Part shown: one piece after another, positions 1-11,591 of the stretch
Layout: each line of letters opens with the position of its first letter
How positions within the stretch are numbered: position 1 is the stretch's first letter
Assembly (NCBI GenBank): GCA_951406725.2
Contig: OX597820.1
Location: forward strand, 37,820,001-37,884,000
Length of the DNA stretch: 64,000 bases
Direction of reading: 5' to 3'
Source: Octopus vulgaris
Lineage: Eukaryota
Position numbers and translations under genes: made by a program
Notes under the pieces: model-generated
Told to the model about the DNA's origin: nothing
What the model saw: the letters and a program-made list of their open reading frames with translations, nothing else
Databases searched by the model: none

Positions 1-1137
1 GAAATGTGGCAAAAAATTAGTCTTACTCGACTGATGAACAGACACCGTGCTCTTGTGAAATATGATTGTAATATTTTCTAGACTTTTGTATTAGCTGTTT
101 TCTTTTCATTGAGTTGCAAACATATTCAAAATGCCTCTTTAAATGGCAAACACCAACATTTGGATTGTCTAGCAGATTAGCTCACACTTCCACGATACGA
201 AATACATCGCTATAGAAGCTACATGTGCTTTTATTTTGTAATAAACATTGCTTTTTACTTTGAATAGATGCCAAACAATTTTCATTTAAATCCTTGACTT
301 TAAAAAAATTCATTTTCCATAGTGATTATCAGAGACGTGTGTTTGAATATGAGAACATTTGAAACTATAACCTGAAGGCCAGGATGTGCAAGTGGTAATA
401 CTTCTTTCCGAATGTCATCATTAGAATTTCTGCAGTAAAAGAATTGCGTACAACCGTCGTTTTTGAACTAAGATTCTACAGCTTGATATTTCAATGGCTC
501 CAGAAAAAGTTACAACGTTTCGATTTTAGGCCGATTTTTCGTTTTATCAATAAATTATCATAAGAGATACTGAGCAGCGAGTAAGTTACACGGTCAGCCA
601 TTGACTAAGATATCAAGAGTTCATTGATAAGCTTCTCAACTATGAATACGACGGAAGATATCATCATAAAAAATAACGATTTATCAGCACCTCTGAAAAG
701 TTGCCATAACGATTTGAACCCAGCGCATAAGCATCAATAATAAAACAGATCAGTTTAAATAGCCTTGTGATATCATAGTCCCGTGGTCGTGCTGAAATGT
801 TTTTCTTGCTTTGGCTCGCAAAAGTATAAAATGTTATGAACTGGCATTTAATTTCCAGCTTGCGCTCACGGAGTGGATTATGGTTGATCGGTAAATTGTC
901 ATGAAAAGAATACGCGAAGCAAATAAATCTCACTATTTGACTTTTATTACAAAACAATCATCGACAACAACTTTATTCATAAGACGGTGATTGTCTGAAA
1001 ATGAAACCAGAATAATAACAACATAAACAATAAATGATAATAATATATTAAGAAAAGTTAACGACAGCTATCTCACAATAAACTCGACGATTAATGGGAG
1101 TTTTATTACACATCATTTGTGCGTGACTGTATATTTA

Positions 1138-1390
1138 TATATATGTGTATGTTTGTGTGTGTGTGTGTGTGTGTATGCTAACGGGCCTCCTATATTATTT
1201 ATACATGTATATATATATATATATATATTTATATACATTGTATATATATATATGTATATACATACACACATGTATATGTATATACATTATATACATGTTT
1301 ATATATATATATATATATATATTTATATACATTGCATAAATATATATTTATATACATACACACATGTATATGTATATACATTATATACAT

Positions 1391-1455
<65 letters not shown>

Positions 1456-1460
1456 TCGGA

Positions 1461-1520
<60 letters not shown>
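1138..1520. repeat. Compound microsatellite (TG/TA/GA/CA) with an internal tandem duplication of a TA-rich block
   Basis: Read directly; the block atacatacacacatgtatatgtatatacattatatacatgttt occurs twice (~1258 and ~1352). Confidence 0.95.
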
Positions 1521-1522
<2 letters not shown>

Positions 1523-1534
1523 ACGTATATCGTT

Positions 1535-1770
1535 TTATTTATTTTAGCTATTGGACTGCAGTCATGCTGGGGCACCGCTGTGTAAGGTTTAGTCGAATAA
1601 ATCGACCTCCAGACACACACGCGCGCACTCCGTCACATCGATATACATATACAACAGGCTTCTTTCAGTTTCTCTACCAAATCCACTTGCAAGGCTTTGA
1701 CCAGCCCAAGACTATAATAGAAGACACCTGCCCAAGGTGCCACGTAGTGAAACTGAACCCGGAACTACAT
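1535..1770 (-). mobile_element. SINE family A (tRNA-derived, CORE-like), degenerate and internally deleted
   Basis: Matches parts of the full copies at 48060-48467 and 62724-63121 (gcccaaggtgccacg, ctgaacccggaac, catgctggggcaccgc). Confidence 0.85.
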
Positions 1771-1789
1771 GTTTGTATAACTGAGGGCA

Positions 1790-2800
1790 TATCCTATATA
1801 AATAGCAATGGACCTCAGACAGTTCTCTGTGAAATTCCACTCAATATCAACGTTTCCTTTGATAAAGCATCGTTGACCACAACCGTCTAGCTTAGAAAAA
1901 AAAAGCCATATAGACCGGCTCTTAGTTTTCCAACTATATCAAGATCATGCAGGTGATGACACAGCATCTGCGGTCAGTTGTAGTCAGCTGTGGTCAGCTT
2001 TGTCGAAGTCCTTTGCCGACATCGAGCTATTTAACGCCTATAGATAAGTGATTGTTGTTGTTGTTGTTATGCAACAAGACGGGTAAGGGTGATTAGGTGA
2101 TGATCTAGAGCTTAGGGGTGGGAGACCCTAGACCTTGGAAAAAAACCTTTGGTCGTCTTGTTGTAGTCGAGGGCTCTTCGTTGACGTCCGACACCATTGG
2201 GAGGTGGCCCTCGAAGTCGCTGGAAATGGAGATCTCCAGGTCTAAATTCTTGAACGCCTACAGATAAGTGAAGGAGCAGCTGCTTCAGCGCCGTAGTGTT
2301 GTAGGAGTTGTATAACGAGGCTTCTTGGGCGAAAGCATGCTGAATGTTAATCAGCAAATGATTTTCTTCTATGAAAGCGATTAGTTTCCTTCCGATAATT
2401 GCTACCATGACGTTGTGAGGTCAGAGTGATAGGTCTATGATTTTTAGCATCTGCTCTGTTTCCTTTAACCTTCTTTTAATTTTCCACTTGCCAAGAAGCT
2501 TCGGAAAACTATCAGGAGTGGCTTAGTTGAAGCCACTCAAGATACTATGGTCTATATTACAGCGTCTTCCTTTATGTCGGTGTAATCGATAGCTGTCGCA
2601 TCCATATGTAGAGGTCAGATGTCAAAAAGCTCAGCTGATTTATTTATCTGTAAGTGACCCAATGAAGAGATGAAAACACTTTTGAACCGCTTGCTCATGC
2701 AGAAGTTCACTTACTGGGGTCATCAGTTGTCTTTTTGGAACAAGGCCACTAGGCCCTGATTTTTTAGGTAACTTGGTTGATTCTCAAGAAAATTTTCAGA
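1790..2800 (-). mobile_element. CR1-like LINE reverse-transcriptase remnant (frameshifts, stops)
   Basis: Minus-strand translation gives KGNRADAKNHRPITLTS, RKLIAFIEENHLLINIQHAF, FDKADH and [28 protein letters not shown] (the GVPQGSVLGPLLF motif). Confidence 0.85.
2052..2252 (-). mobile_element. Short retroposed insertion with (CAA)n tail inside the CR1 remnant
   Basis: Flanked by a 19-bp direct repeat aacgcctaYagataagtga (2033-2051, 2253-2271, one mismatch); (ttg)n at the left end. Confidence 0.7.
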
Positions 2801-2811
2801 AAACATATCCG

Positions 2812-2903
2812 ATACAAATAGCAATGGACCTCAGAGAGTTCCTTATGAAATTCCACTCAATATCAATGTTTCCTTTGATAAAGCATCATTGACCTCAACC
2901 GTG
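2812..2903 (-). mobile_element. Second copy of the CR1 GxxQGxxLGPLLF segment
   Basis: About 90-bp diverged direct repeat of 1797-1886. Confidence 0.8.
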
Positions 2904-3593
2904 GCAATCTATATATCTATCTCAATGTGGCAATGATACTTGCTAAGCATAGTATCCCTCTCACACAGTTTGTTTCTGGTAGTTCACTTCTTACATTACT
3001 TTCTAATTTCCCTGAGTGTCATGATACATCCTGTAAATCTATACTCTTTTTGGTACCCGTGTATATAAGTCTACCTTGATCATTCTTTCATGTTTGGTAC
3101 TCAGCTGCGTGAGGTTATTATTTCCTGTTTTATTTGACACTACCCCGTTTCATCTTAATTCCTACCACCTATATGTTATCACGTTTCTTCTTTCTATACA
3201 TACAACGACCTATAAACGTACATATGTGTATATGCCTGTATATAATTTCTTCTTTTTTCCTTCTTCGTGTATATTTTTGCATTAGTAACAATACATATAA
3301 TTTTAGTTCACTTGCCTCATTTAAGCTTTTTTATGTATAACTGTTTCTTCTATCAGCCATAACATTTAATTATCTTTTAACATCCGTCTGCATGTATGTA
3401 TGTTTGTGTGTGTTTACGTATGTACGCGATGTTATACTTTCATTGTAGTAGTGTACTGATGCATTCACTTGTAAAGATTTATGTATAAATGTATATATAT
3501 GTATTTGTATCTGCATTATTTTAGAGTATATGCGTATGTAGCAAGTATGTATATACTTATTCTTTTGTTTGGCCGTGTGTATATCTTAGAATA

Positions 3594-3594
<1 letters not shown>

Positions 3595-3680
<86 letters not shown>
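3595..3680. repeat. (ATCT)n microsatellite
   Basis: Read directly. Confidence 0.97.
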
Positions 3681-3694
3681 AAATGCGTGTTTTT

Positions 3695-3955
3695 ATGTTG
3701 CAATAAAACAATTTTACATTAAACTGAGGGATTACTCAATATATTTGGTAAAGTACAAATTTATTAATGTTTAACAAGAATAGTATTAACAGTGGAGTCA
3801 AAGTTTCGGCCATCTAAGTCATAGGTGGCCGAAATTTCGAAGTTACTGTCAATTTTACTCTTTTAAAGCTTACAACTTTTTTTTAGCTATAGCAGAAACA
3901 GCTGTAAACTAATGAAGTTCATAAAATAATTGGCTTTTCCTTACTCATCTCATTT
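3695..3955. mobile_element. Penelope-like pseudo-LTR fragment next to (TA)n
   Basis: Hairpin tttcggccatcta/taggtggccgaaa and hammerhead-type tail GAAACAGCTGTA (3895-3906); 3697-3765 recurs in reverse complement at ~42310-42390. Confidence 0.45.
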
Positions 3956-4094
3956 TGCTATATATATATATATATATATATATACATACACGAGCGCGCA
4001 CACATGTATGTATGTATGTATGTATGTATGTATGTATGTATGTATGTATGTATGTATGTATGTATGTATGTATGTATATATATATATATATACG

Positions 4095-4325
4095 TTTATT
4101 TACTACCCACAAGGGGCTAAACATAGTGGAGACAAACAAGGACAGACACACGGATTAAGTCGATTACATCGACCCCAGTGCGTTACTGGTACTTAATTTA
4201 TCGACCCCGAAAGGATGAAAGGCAAAGTCGACCTCGGCGGAATTTGAACTCAGAACGTAGCGACGGGCGAAATACCGCGAAGCACTTCGCCCGGCGTGCT
4301 AACGTCTCTGCCAGTTCGCCGCCTT
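4095..4325 (-). mobile_element. SINE family B (tRNA-derived), near full length
   Basis: Reverse complement of ggcggcgagctggcagaaacgttagcacgccgggcg...gagttcaaattccgccgaggtcgac; homologous to 37319-37547 and 49038-49271. Confidence 0.9.
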
Positions 4326-4386
4326 ATATATATATATGCTTCGCTCTCTCTCTCTGCCAGTTCGCCGCCTTATATATAAATATGCT

Positions 4387-4465
<79 letters not shown>

Positions 4466-4490
4466 GCATATATATATATATATACACACA

Positions 4491-4720
4491 TACAAGGGGA
4501 TGCTGAAAAGCTCCTGGCTTTGAGTAAAAGAAAATATTGGAGGATGAGTTAATTATGATTTTATTCAGCATATTCCACTCTCAGATCCACGCCCTTATTG
4601 CATCGGTCCTTCAGTCTTTCTAATCCCTGTAAAAAAAAAAAAGAAAACTCGGAAGGTTGGGCCTCCTACCAGGCTTTCGCGATGCCCTTAAAGCCAGGAA
4701 CTTTTCAACAGCTCCTTGAT
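4491..4720 (-). mobile_element. Tc1/mariner-derived MITE
   Basis: About 30-bp imperfect TIRs (tacaaggggatgctgaaaagctcctggcttt / aaagccaggaacttttcaacagctccttga); the interior encodes a mariner C-terminus-like LQGLERLKDRCNKGVDLRVEYAE* on minus. Confidence 0.8.
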
Positions 4721-5007
4721 TAAATGAAGTTTACATTGTCGTAAGGCGGTACATGTGAATACACGGACGATTCGATCAGAATGTGTGGGGATCACGGTTA
4801 GAGTGGAGAACAACTTTTTCCTACACCTCGATCCTTGGATCTTACATTTATATATGTGTGCTGCGTGTGTATCCAGCCTTGGAATATATCCTACTGTAGG
4901 ATAACATGTGGTTGCCAAAAAGCGACATAATAGTTCTTAAATGCACGTTAAGGGGTTACGAGGTATATACCTGAATTATACTATATATATATATATATAT
5001 ATATATA

Positions 5008-5180
5008 TTGGTAAAAACGGTAAGATAACAAAAGAAAGAAAGAGACCTCAATATTATGTAACTTGAGGAAATTTATCTGTAAAATAATATGTGACAATTA
5101 TTAGGTAGCCAAGATAAAACTCTGAGTTTCGGATGCTGAGGTGGAAATCCACACCATCATCTCTTCGGTTATCTGGTCAT
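5008..5180 (-). mobile_element. Penelope-like pseudo-LTR fragment with degenerate hammerhead (5112-5174)
   Basis: Minus strand reads AGATAA-CCGAAGA-stem II-GAAACTCAGAGTT-TTATCT; sister copy at ~55765-55880; abuts (TA)n. Confidence 0.6.
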
Positions 5181-5185
5181 ATATA

Positions 5186-5390
5186 GTACTTGTTTCAATC
5201 ACCAGACTGCGGCCGTGCTGGGGCAACGCCTTGAAAAATCTTTAGTTGAATGAATCGACCCCACTACTTTTCTTCTTAAGCCTGGTACCTATTCTATCGA
5301 TCTCTTTTGCAGAACCGTCATGAGAGACGTAAGCACACCAACACCGGTTGTAAAGTGGTGGTGGGAGGCAAACGCAGATACAAAGATACA
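5186..5390 (-). mobile_element. SINE family A, 3' half
   Basis: Homologous to 48270-48450; runs into a long TATG/TA tract at the SINE's internal microsatellite position. Confidence 0.85.
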
Positions 5391-5399
5391 CGCTCGCAT

Positions 5400-5440
5400 C
5401 TATGTATGTATGTATGTATGTATGTATGTATGTATGTATG

Positions 5441-5476
<36 letters not shown>

Positions 5477-5481
5477 CATAC

Positions 5482-5513
<32 letters not shown>

Positions 5514-5531
5514 CGTACATACATATATACG

Positions 5532-5598
<67 letters not shown>

Positions 5599-5763
5599 AT
5601 CCATATATATATATGTATGTATACAGATATAGGTATATATATATATATGTATGCATATATATGTATACATACATATGTATATATACATACATACACACAA
5701 CACACACATATATATAGGTAGTTATAAAATCTCAAGAAACAGAGTAGTAACGTATACTAAACA

Positions 5764-5856
<93 letters not shown>
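5400..5856. repeat. Compound (TATG)n/(TA)n microsatellite tract
   Basis: Read directly. Confidence 0.95.
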
Positions 5857-5858
<2 letters not shown>

Positions 5859-6196
5859 AGCATATACATTTGTATACGCGTTGCAATGTTTGTCACATGT
5901 TCACGGCACATTCTCTCTAAACTGCTTGCAGAAATTTAAAACACATCACATGATGTCATCTGGTGTGATCTCTTAAAAATAGTGTTCTAGAGTGTAGCAG
6001 CATGTGTGTCTCTGTCAACAGGCTTTCGTTTTATTATTGTCCTTCCGCACATCATATCGATCTGACTGACTTAGCTGCACATTAAATATTGCAGCTGCTA
6101 ATATTTTGTGTCATAGTTAAAGAATTCGATTTGCCATCACGAGACTTGTTTGTTCGGATTTTTTGGAACACACTTTACTTCTACCTGCCCCAGAAT

Positions 6197-6431
6197 ATTT
6201 ATTTCTTTATTGCTCACAGGGGGCTAAACGTAGAAGAGACAAACAAGGACAGACAAAGAGATAAAGTCGATTACATCGACCCCAGTGCGTAACTGGTACT
6301 TATTTAATCGACCCCGAAAGGATGAAAGGCAGAGTCGACCCCGGCGGAATTTGAACTCAGAACGTAACGGCAGACGAAATACCACGAGGCATTTCGCCCG
6401 GCGTGCTAACATTTCTGCCAGCTTACCGCCC
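6197..6431 (-). mobile_element. SINE family B
   Basis: Full-length homology to 4095-4325. Confidence 0.9.
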
Positions 6432-6581
6432 TAGAATATTATCAGGTTTGTCCGTTGCTAGAAGCAGTTGAGTGTATTACTGGGATTAGACCAGTGTTTT
6501 ATAGTTGTTTGTCGTTTAGCATTCCAAACTATTTTTTTTATTACAAAGGTTCACTCAGTATATTTTGCAGACACTCACGAA

Positions 6582-6612
<31 letters not shown>

Positions 6613-6639
6613 GCGCACACACACACACACATACACACA

Positions 6640-6681
<42 letters not shown>

Positions 6682-6859
6682 CACTCTCGCAAAGAATCAA
6701 AAGCAACAACGAAAATCAAAGACAAACTAAAACAAAAACAGCAGAAACAAAACCAACCAAACAAAATACAATAAAAATAGCAGGTTCGGTTGATGGTTGG
6801 CGTGAATAAGACCACCACAAGCTACAATATGAAAATGGTTCGAAAGAATAACTACATCG

Positions 6860-7475
6860 CATTGTTTGTGGCACACGTTACTAAACAATGCGTTCGGATC
6901 TTAGACAGATGGATTGGTTCGAAAAATAGATCTCTATCAAATGTCCGTACAGCCTGCAATAAGCCTGCCCCTTGTCCTGGGAAGCATGGGGTGGAGCACA
7001 AAGGATGTGTGTCCCAGGACTCCGAAGCGGGTCCAGGATAGAACATGCGTTAATGATTGGGAATTGGAATATCACAAACCTTACGGGTAAAGAGCAGGAA
7101 TTAATAGAGGAGGCCAGGAGCTACCGGTTAGATATAGCCTGTGTTTTCTATACAAGGTTCAGTGGCTCTTATGCGGAACATTTGAATGTAAGGTGGAATC
7201 TTCATTAATCAAGTGTGATGCCAACTATGTCTGCACTGGGATGGGGAGGGGGGTACTCACAAATCGCAGGTTGTCGGGTCGTGTTATGGAGTGGATCCCA
7301 TTAGATGGGAAGACTTGTCTCTTGAAGCTCAGGCTGATAAGTCAATATCCTTAGTTGGTCACGCTTGGGTATCCAGCCGGTATGTATAATGAGAGCAGGG
7401 CTGATAGGGTTCTATGGAGGAGGTATCTGAGGACTCTACCCCACAGGCCTCTCCGGAATAGTGGGTGGAAAAATA
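6860..7475 (+). mobile_element. RTE-type LINE remnant: AP-endonuclease N-terminus joined to the extreme 3' end
   Basis: ALMIGNWNITNLTGKEQELIEEARSYRLDIA (APE motif I); from ~7340 SRLGIQP...ADRVLWRRYLRTLPHRP (RTE C-terminus), also seen at 18060-18570. Confidence 0.7.
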
Positions 7476-8281
7476 GCAGAATATCTTAATGAGATTGAAG
7501 CTCGTTTTATTTAGTGGTTTATCTAGATGTTCAATTACTAGCAATATTTTATTAAGACAGAAGCTAATTTTGTTAAGTGGTTTATTGTTTAGATGTTCAT
7601 ACACTATCCCATTAAACATCTACTTAATATGATAGTGTACGTGTGGATTGTGTGTGGATTGGTGTCTCCTATGTTAAATTTTTAGGGAAAGGAGAAGACT
7701 TACATCATACAATTACTTTGGACCTTGGCATGTCATCAGTGATATTTCAGCTCATCGATAACACAATGCCTTACTCATATTTTTGATCCCAACAAAGATT
7801 TGTTTTTGTTTGGAAAATTATTTACAATATTAATATTATGCCTGGTTTAAATATTTTATTTCTCAGAAAAATTACAACCAATTAAAAAAATCTGTGCTCC
7901 CTTCGCATTTTCCAGCCCATTGTGAGTTTACAACGACCCAAAATAGGTGCTGCCACCCAGTGGAAGAACCATTGAATTGGAACAAAATAACAGTCCTGTA
8001 ATGTCACCTTCCTCTTCTCTCTACAGCATACGAACTTATTCAAAACTCAGTAGCTTTACATTTTCTGTTGTTATCGTGGACCACCTTAATTTCTTCGAAC
8101 TGTAGCTTTTACTTCAATTTCAATTATTGTTGACTGAGTTCCACTGTGATGGACTTCATATTTCGTTTCTCCTGGAGAAGATAAAATATCTTCGTGTTAA
8201 CCCAAATCGAGTAAGTCTAAAATGAAAGGTATTCCAAGCGTGGCTATTCCACCTTTTTAGGTGCATGTAGGAATACATTAA

Positions 8282-8778
8282 AGGCGGTAAACTGGCAGAA
8301 TCGTTAGTACGTCGGACAAAATGCTAAGTGGCATTTCTTCCTGTTCTTTACATTCTGAGTTCAAATCCTGCCGAACTCAAATTTTTCTTTCACCCCTTCG
8401 GGGTCGATAAAATAAATTACTAGTCGGGTATTGGGGTCGATGTAGTCGACTTGCCTCCCCACCTCAAATAGTGCCTGCAACAGATCAGCGTTCAGGGTAA
8501 TGTAGTGATCTCGCTCACTTATACGTTATGGAAACCGTGTAATCGACTTGGCGAGTTCTAAGACTAAAAAAAAAATAATGATGGTATCAAATTTTGGCAT
8601 AGGGACAGCTATTTTAAGGGAGGGTTACGTCGGTTACATCGACCCAAGTGTTCAACTGGTACTTACTTTATCGACTCCAAAGGGATGAACAGCAATGTCG
8701 ACCTCAGTGGAATTTGAATGCAGAACGTGAAAATGGATGAAATACTACTAAGCATTTTACCTGGTGTGCGGTCTTGCC
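8282..8778. mobile_element. Two degenerate SINE family B copies (8282-8465 +, 8575-8778 -)
   Basis: ggcggtaaactggcagaatcgttag...ttctgagttcaaatcc...ggggtcgata, followed by a reverse-complement copy. Confidence 0.75.
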
Positions 8779-9387
8779 AAAAAAGAATATATAATTTAAT
8801 GTAATAATTAGATAATCAAAATCAGTGGGGTCTGATTTGGGGTAACTTGGCTGCTATATCTGGCAAGTGTAGAGGTTCCCAAGTTTGCTAGTATTATCTA
8901 TGAGGTGTTATTGCTATTATCTAGCTCTGAGTCAATCTTAATCGAGCAGTGAAGAGACATATACAGACAGAGAGATATTGAAACGGTGTGTCTTTCAATT
9001 TATCACATACTCCTACATCTTTAAAACAAAAGTAAGATGAAAAATAGTAAGTATTAGCTTAAATCAAAGAAAAGAACATAGTACATAAGTCTTTGCTGTC
9101 TCTTTTTAATAAATAAGATCAGTGTAGGATGTTGCTAATCTTAGGCATTTGCTTGTCATCGACATTTGCTTGCCATCGACTATGTAAAGAGGATACTTCT
9201 GATGTTATAATTTTGAGACAAAAGGTTCCAACCAGAAATGGTTAATACTGGGAAGACGGGTATGAAGATACAATAAGATTGTTGAGATGACGAAAGGTAA
9301 ATGACTTTGATTCCGAATGTAGCTTGTTATAGAAAGCCGGTATAGAAACCGTTCTGACAGCAGTAGAAAGAACAAAAGAAATGTTGT

Positions 9388-9616
9388 TCTATATTTAAGG
9401 AATGAGGAATTATGTACATTATTTACATTATTTACATTCGACAGATATTTGTCCTCATCTTGTTTGTTGTTAACACAACGTAGGAATGAGAACCCAGGTT
9501 CGAAATTTCTCCAAGACACCTGAAGAAGGGTGGGGTGGGGGGTTATCAGCCGAAACGTGTTAACAACAAACAAGATGAGGACAAATATCCGTTGAATGTA
9601 AATAATGTAAATAATG
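9388..9616 (+). mobile_element. Miniature Penelope-like insertion: inverted pseudo-LTR arms around a hammerhead motif, with TSD
   Basis: 60-bp inverted arms 9417-9476 / 9557-9616; GACAC-CTGAAGA...CAGCC-GAAAC-GTGTT at 9515-9561; direct repeat aaaagaaatgttgt at 9374-9387 and 9617-9630. Confidence 0.75.
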
Positions 9617-9896
9617 AAAAGAAATGTTGTACATTAGCCTTAAATCAGGCCTGACTTAACAGATTTATATGATTGAAGACATTCCATAGGTAAACATCTT
9701 GTCTTTTATATACCCAGATCTACATGGTAAAGAGTGGTTTGAAATTTAGTTGTTAATTCTATAATGCTAGCAAGTCAATTGACCATGGCGCATCTCTCAT
9801 TGGTTTAAAGTGGCACCAAGCAAGTCGTTATAGTAAGCTGTTGAAAGAACGCTTTGCTATGAGTCATAAGGTTTTTTTCCTGTCTGTTCTGTTTGT

Positions 9897-10111
<215 letters not shown>

Positions 10112-10189
10112 ATGTATGTGTGTGAGTACATATATATATATGTATATACACATAAATGTATATATATGTATATATAAATATATGTATAT

Positions 10190-11189
10190 GGTGGCTGTCT
10201 ACTCCTTATGCAGAGTTTGACAACCCCCTGTACTTACACCTTAGCACCATCATGGCATCTGATGTGGCTTTTTAAACCAGACAATGTTCTGAAAAGGCAC
10301 CCACGTAGATTGCATATCCGATTTGGACCACCAAGTTCTAATCTTTGTGGATCTTAAAATGTATTTCGAGGCCTCCGTTAGATTTTCAAACCTTCTGGCA
10401 TACATTGCATTCAAAGGTGTGCACAGACATATAGGCAGAATAGTTGGTGGAGGTTCGTTTTCCATGGGTTCGCAAATGAGTTTTGAGCCCAGTAACAGAA
10501 AGGCATGATTTGTCACAAACTGTGCAGATTAAAAGGTCATAGTGATTCATCATCTCGATTGTCACATTCTTCCTTAAATCTCTTTTGAGTCTTGCCTGCG
10601 TTATCCTGGCCTCTTCAAACGCTTTTATTCCACTCCACACTTTTGTTCGCCACCTAGCTCGATCCGAAGCAAGGGTTTCTATGTCTTCTGGATCCATTTC
10701 AAGTGACTTCATACTAGTCCTTATACCGTCCTTAAACCTTTTTTTAGGTTTACGCCGATAGTGTTTCCCTTCTGCAAGCTCACCATAAAACACATGTTTG
10801 GGCATGTGTTCATCCGCCATTCGAACAATATGGCCCCACCATCTCATTTAGTTTCTCAAAATCATCGCTTTAATTGAGGTGATACCTGCAGATGCAAGGA
10901 CATTTGTGTTTGGAGTAAAAAATCTCCATTTAATGCTTAAAATGCGATGAAGGCATTTTTGGTAGAATTGGTTTAACAATTTAAAATGTCTTTCATAACA
11001 TGTCCATGTTTCACAAGAATACAACTGGGATGGTAAGACAAATGATTTGTAAAGAGCCAACCTTGTATTGTTATTTATATGTCACTGGCGCTAAACGCGT
11101 GACTCCAAGCCACCAAATGCTTTTGCTGCCCTTTGATTTCGCAGATGTATTTCTGTATCAAGATTTCCATAATTTTGTACAACCTTAAG

Positions 11190-11190
<1 letters not shown>
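10190..11190 (-). mobile_element. RTE (BovB-like) LINE 3' portion with C-terminal C2H2 zinc fingers
   Basis: ORFs 10848-11060 and 10386-10847: VLPSQLYSCETWT, RWWGHIVRM, PKHVFYGEL, KPKKRFKD, LASDRARWR, CTVC..HLRTH; in-frame stops present. Confidence 0.92.
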
Positions 11191-11237
<47 letters not shown>

Positions 11238-11273
11238 GTATATGCATATATATATGTGTGTATATATATATGC

Positions 11274-11560
11274 ATGATTAATTTATATTATTTAAATATA
11301 TAACAAAATTATAAATATACACAATGACTGCGACTCAAAAATTTGAAGATGTTAGCAGGCATTCATCAGGTGGTTTAAATATTTTTCTTGGCGAGGTTTA
11401 AACAATGAACTCCATTTCTCCCAATGTTTATGCTTCAAGTCTGGTGCTTATTTTATCGGTCACTTTTGTCACAGGGATGTAAAAAAAGCAACGTCGGTTA
11501 TCAAGCGGTGGTGTGATAAACACACACACACATATGTATACATACATATACAAATAAATG

Positions 11561-11591
<31 letters not shown>

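Noticed and set aside
32-80. CTGATGA...GAAA hammerhead-like motif
   Set aside because: Stem II is weak and bulged, and no convincing stems I or III form.
7925-7975. hAT/Charlie-like terminus (caatggttcttcc on minus)
   Set aside because: No matching second end or 8-bp TSD found.
10386-10847. Host C2H2 zinc-finger gene
   Set aside because: The fingers are the C-terminus of an RTE reverse-transcriptase frame containing stops.
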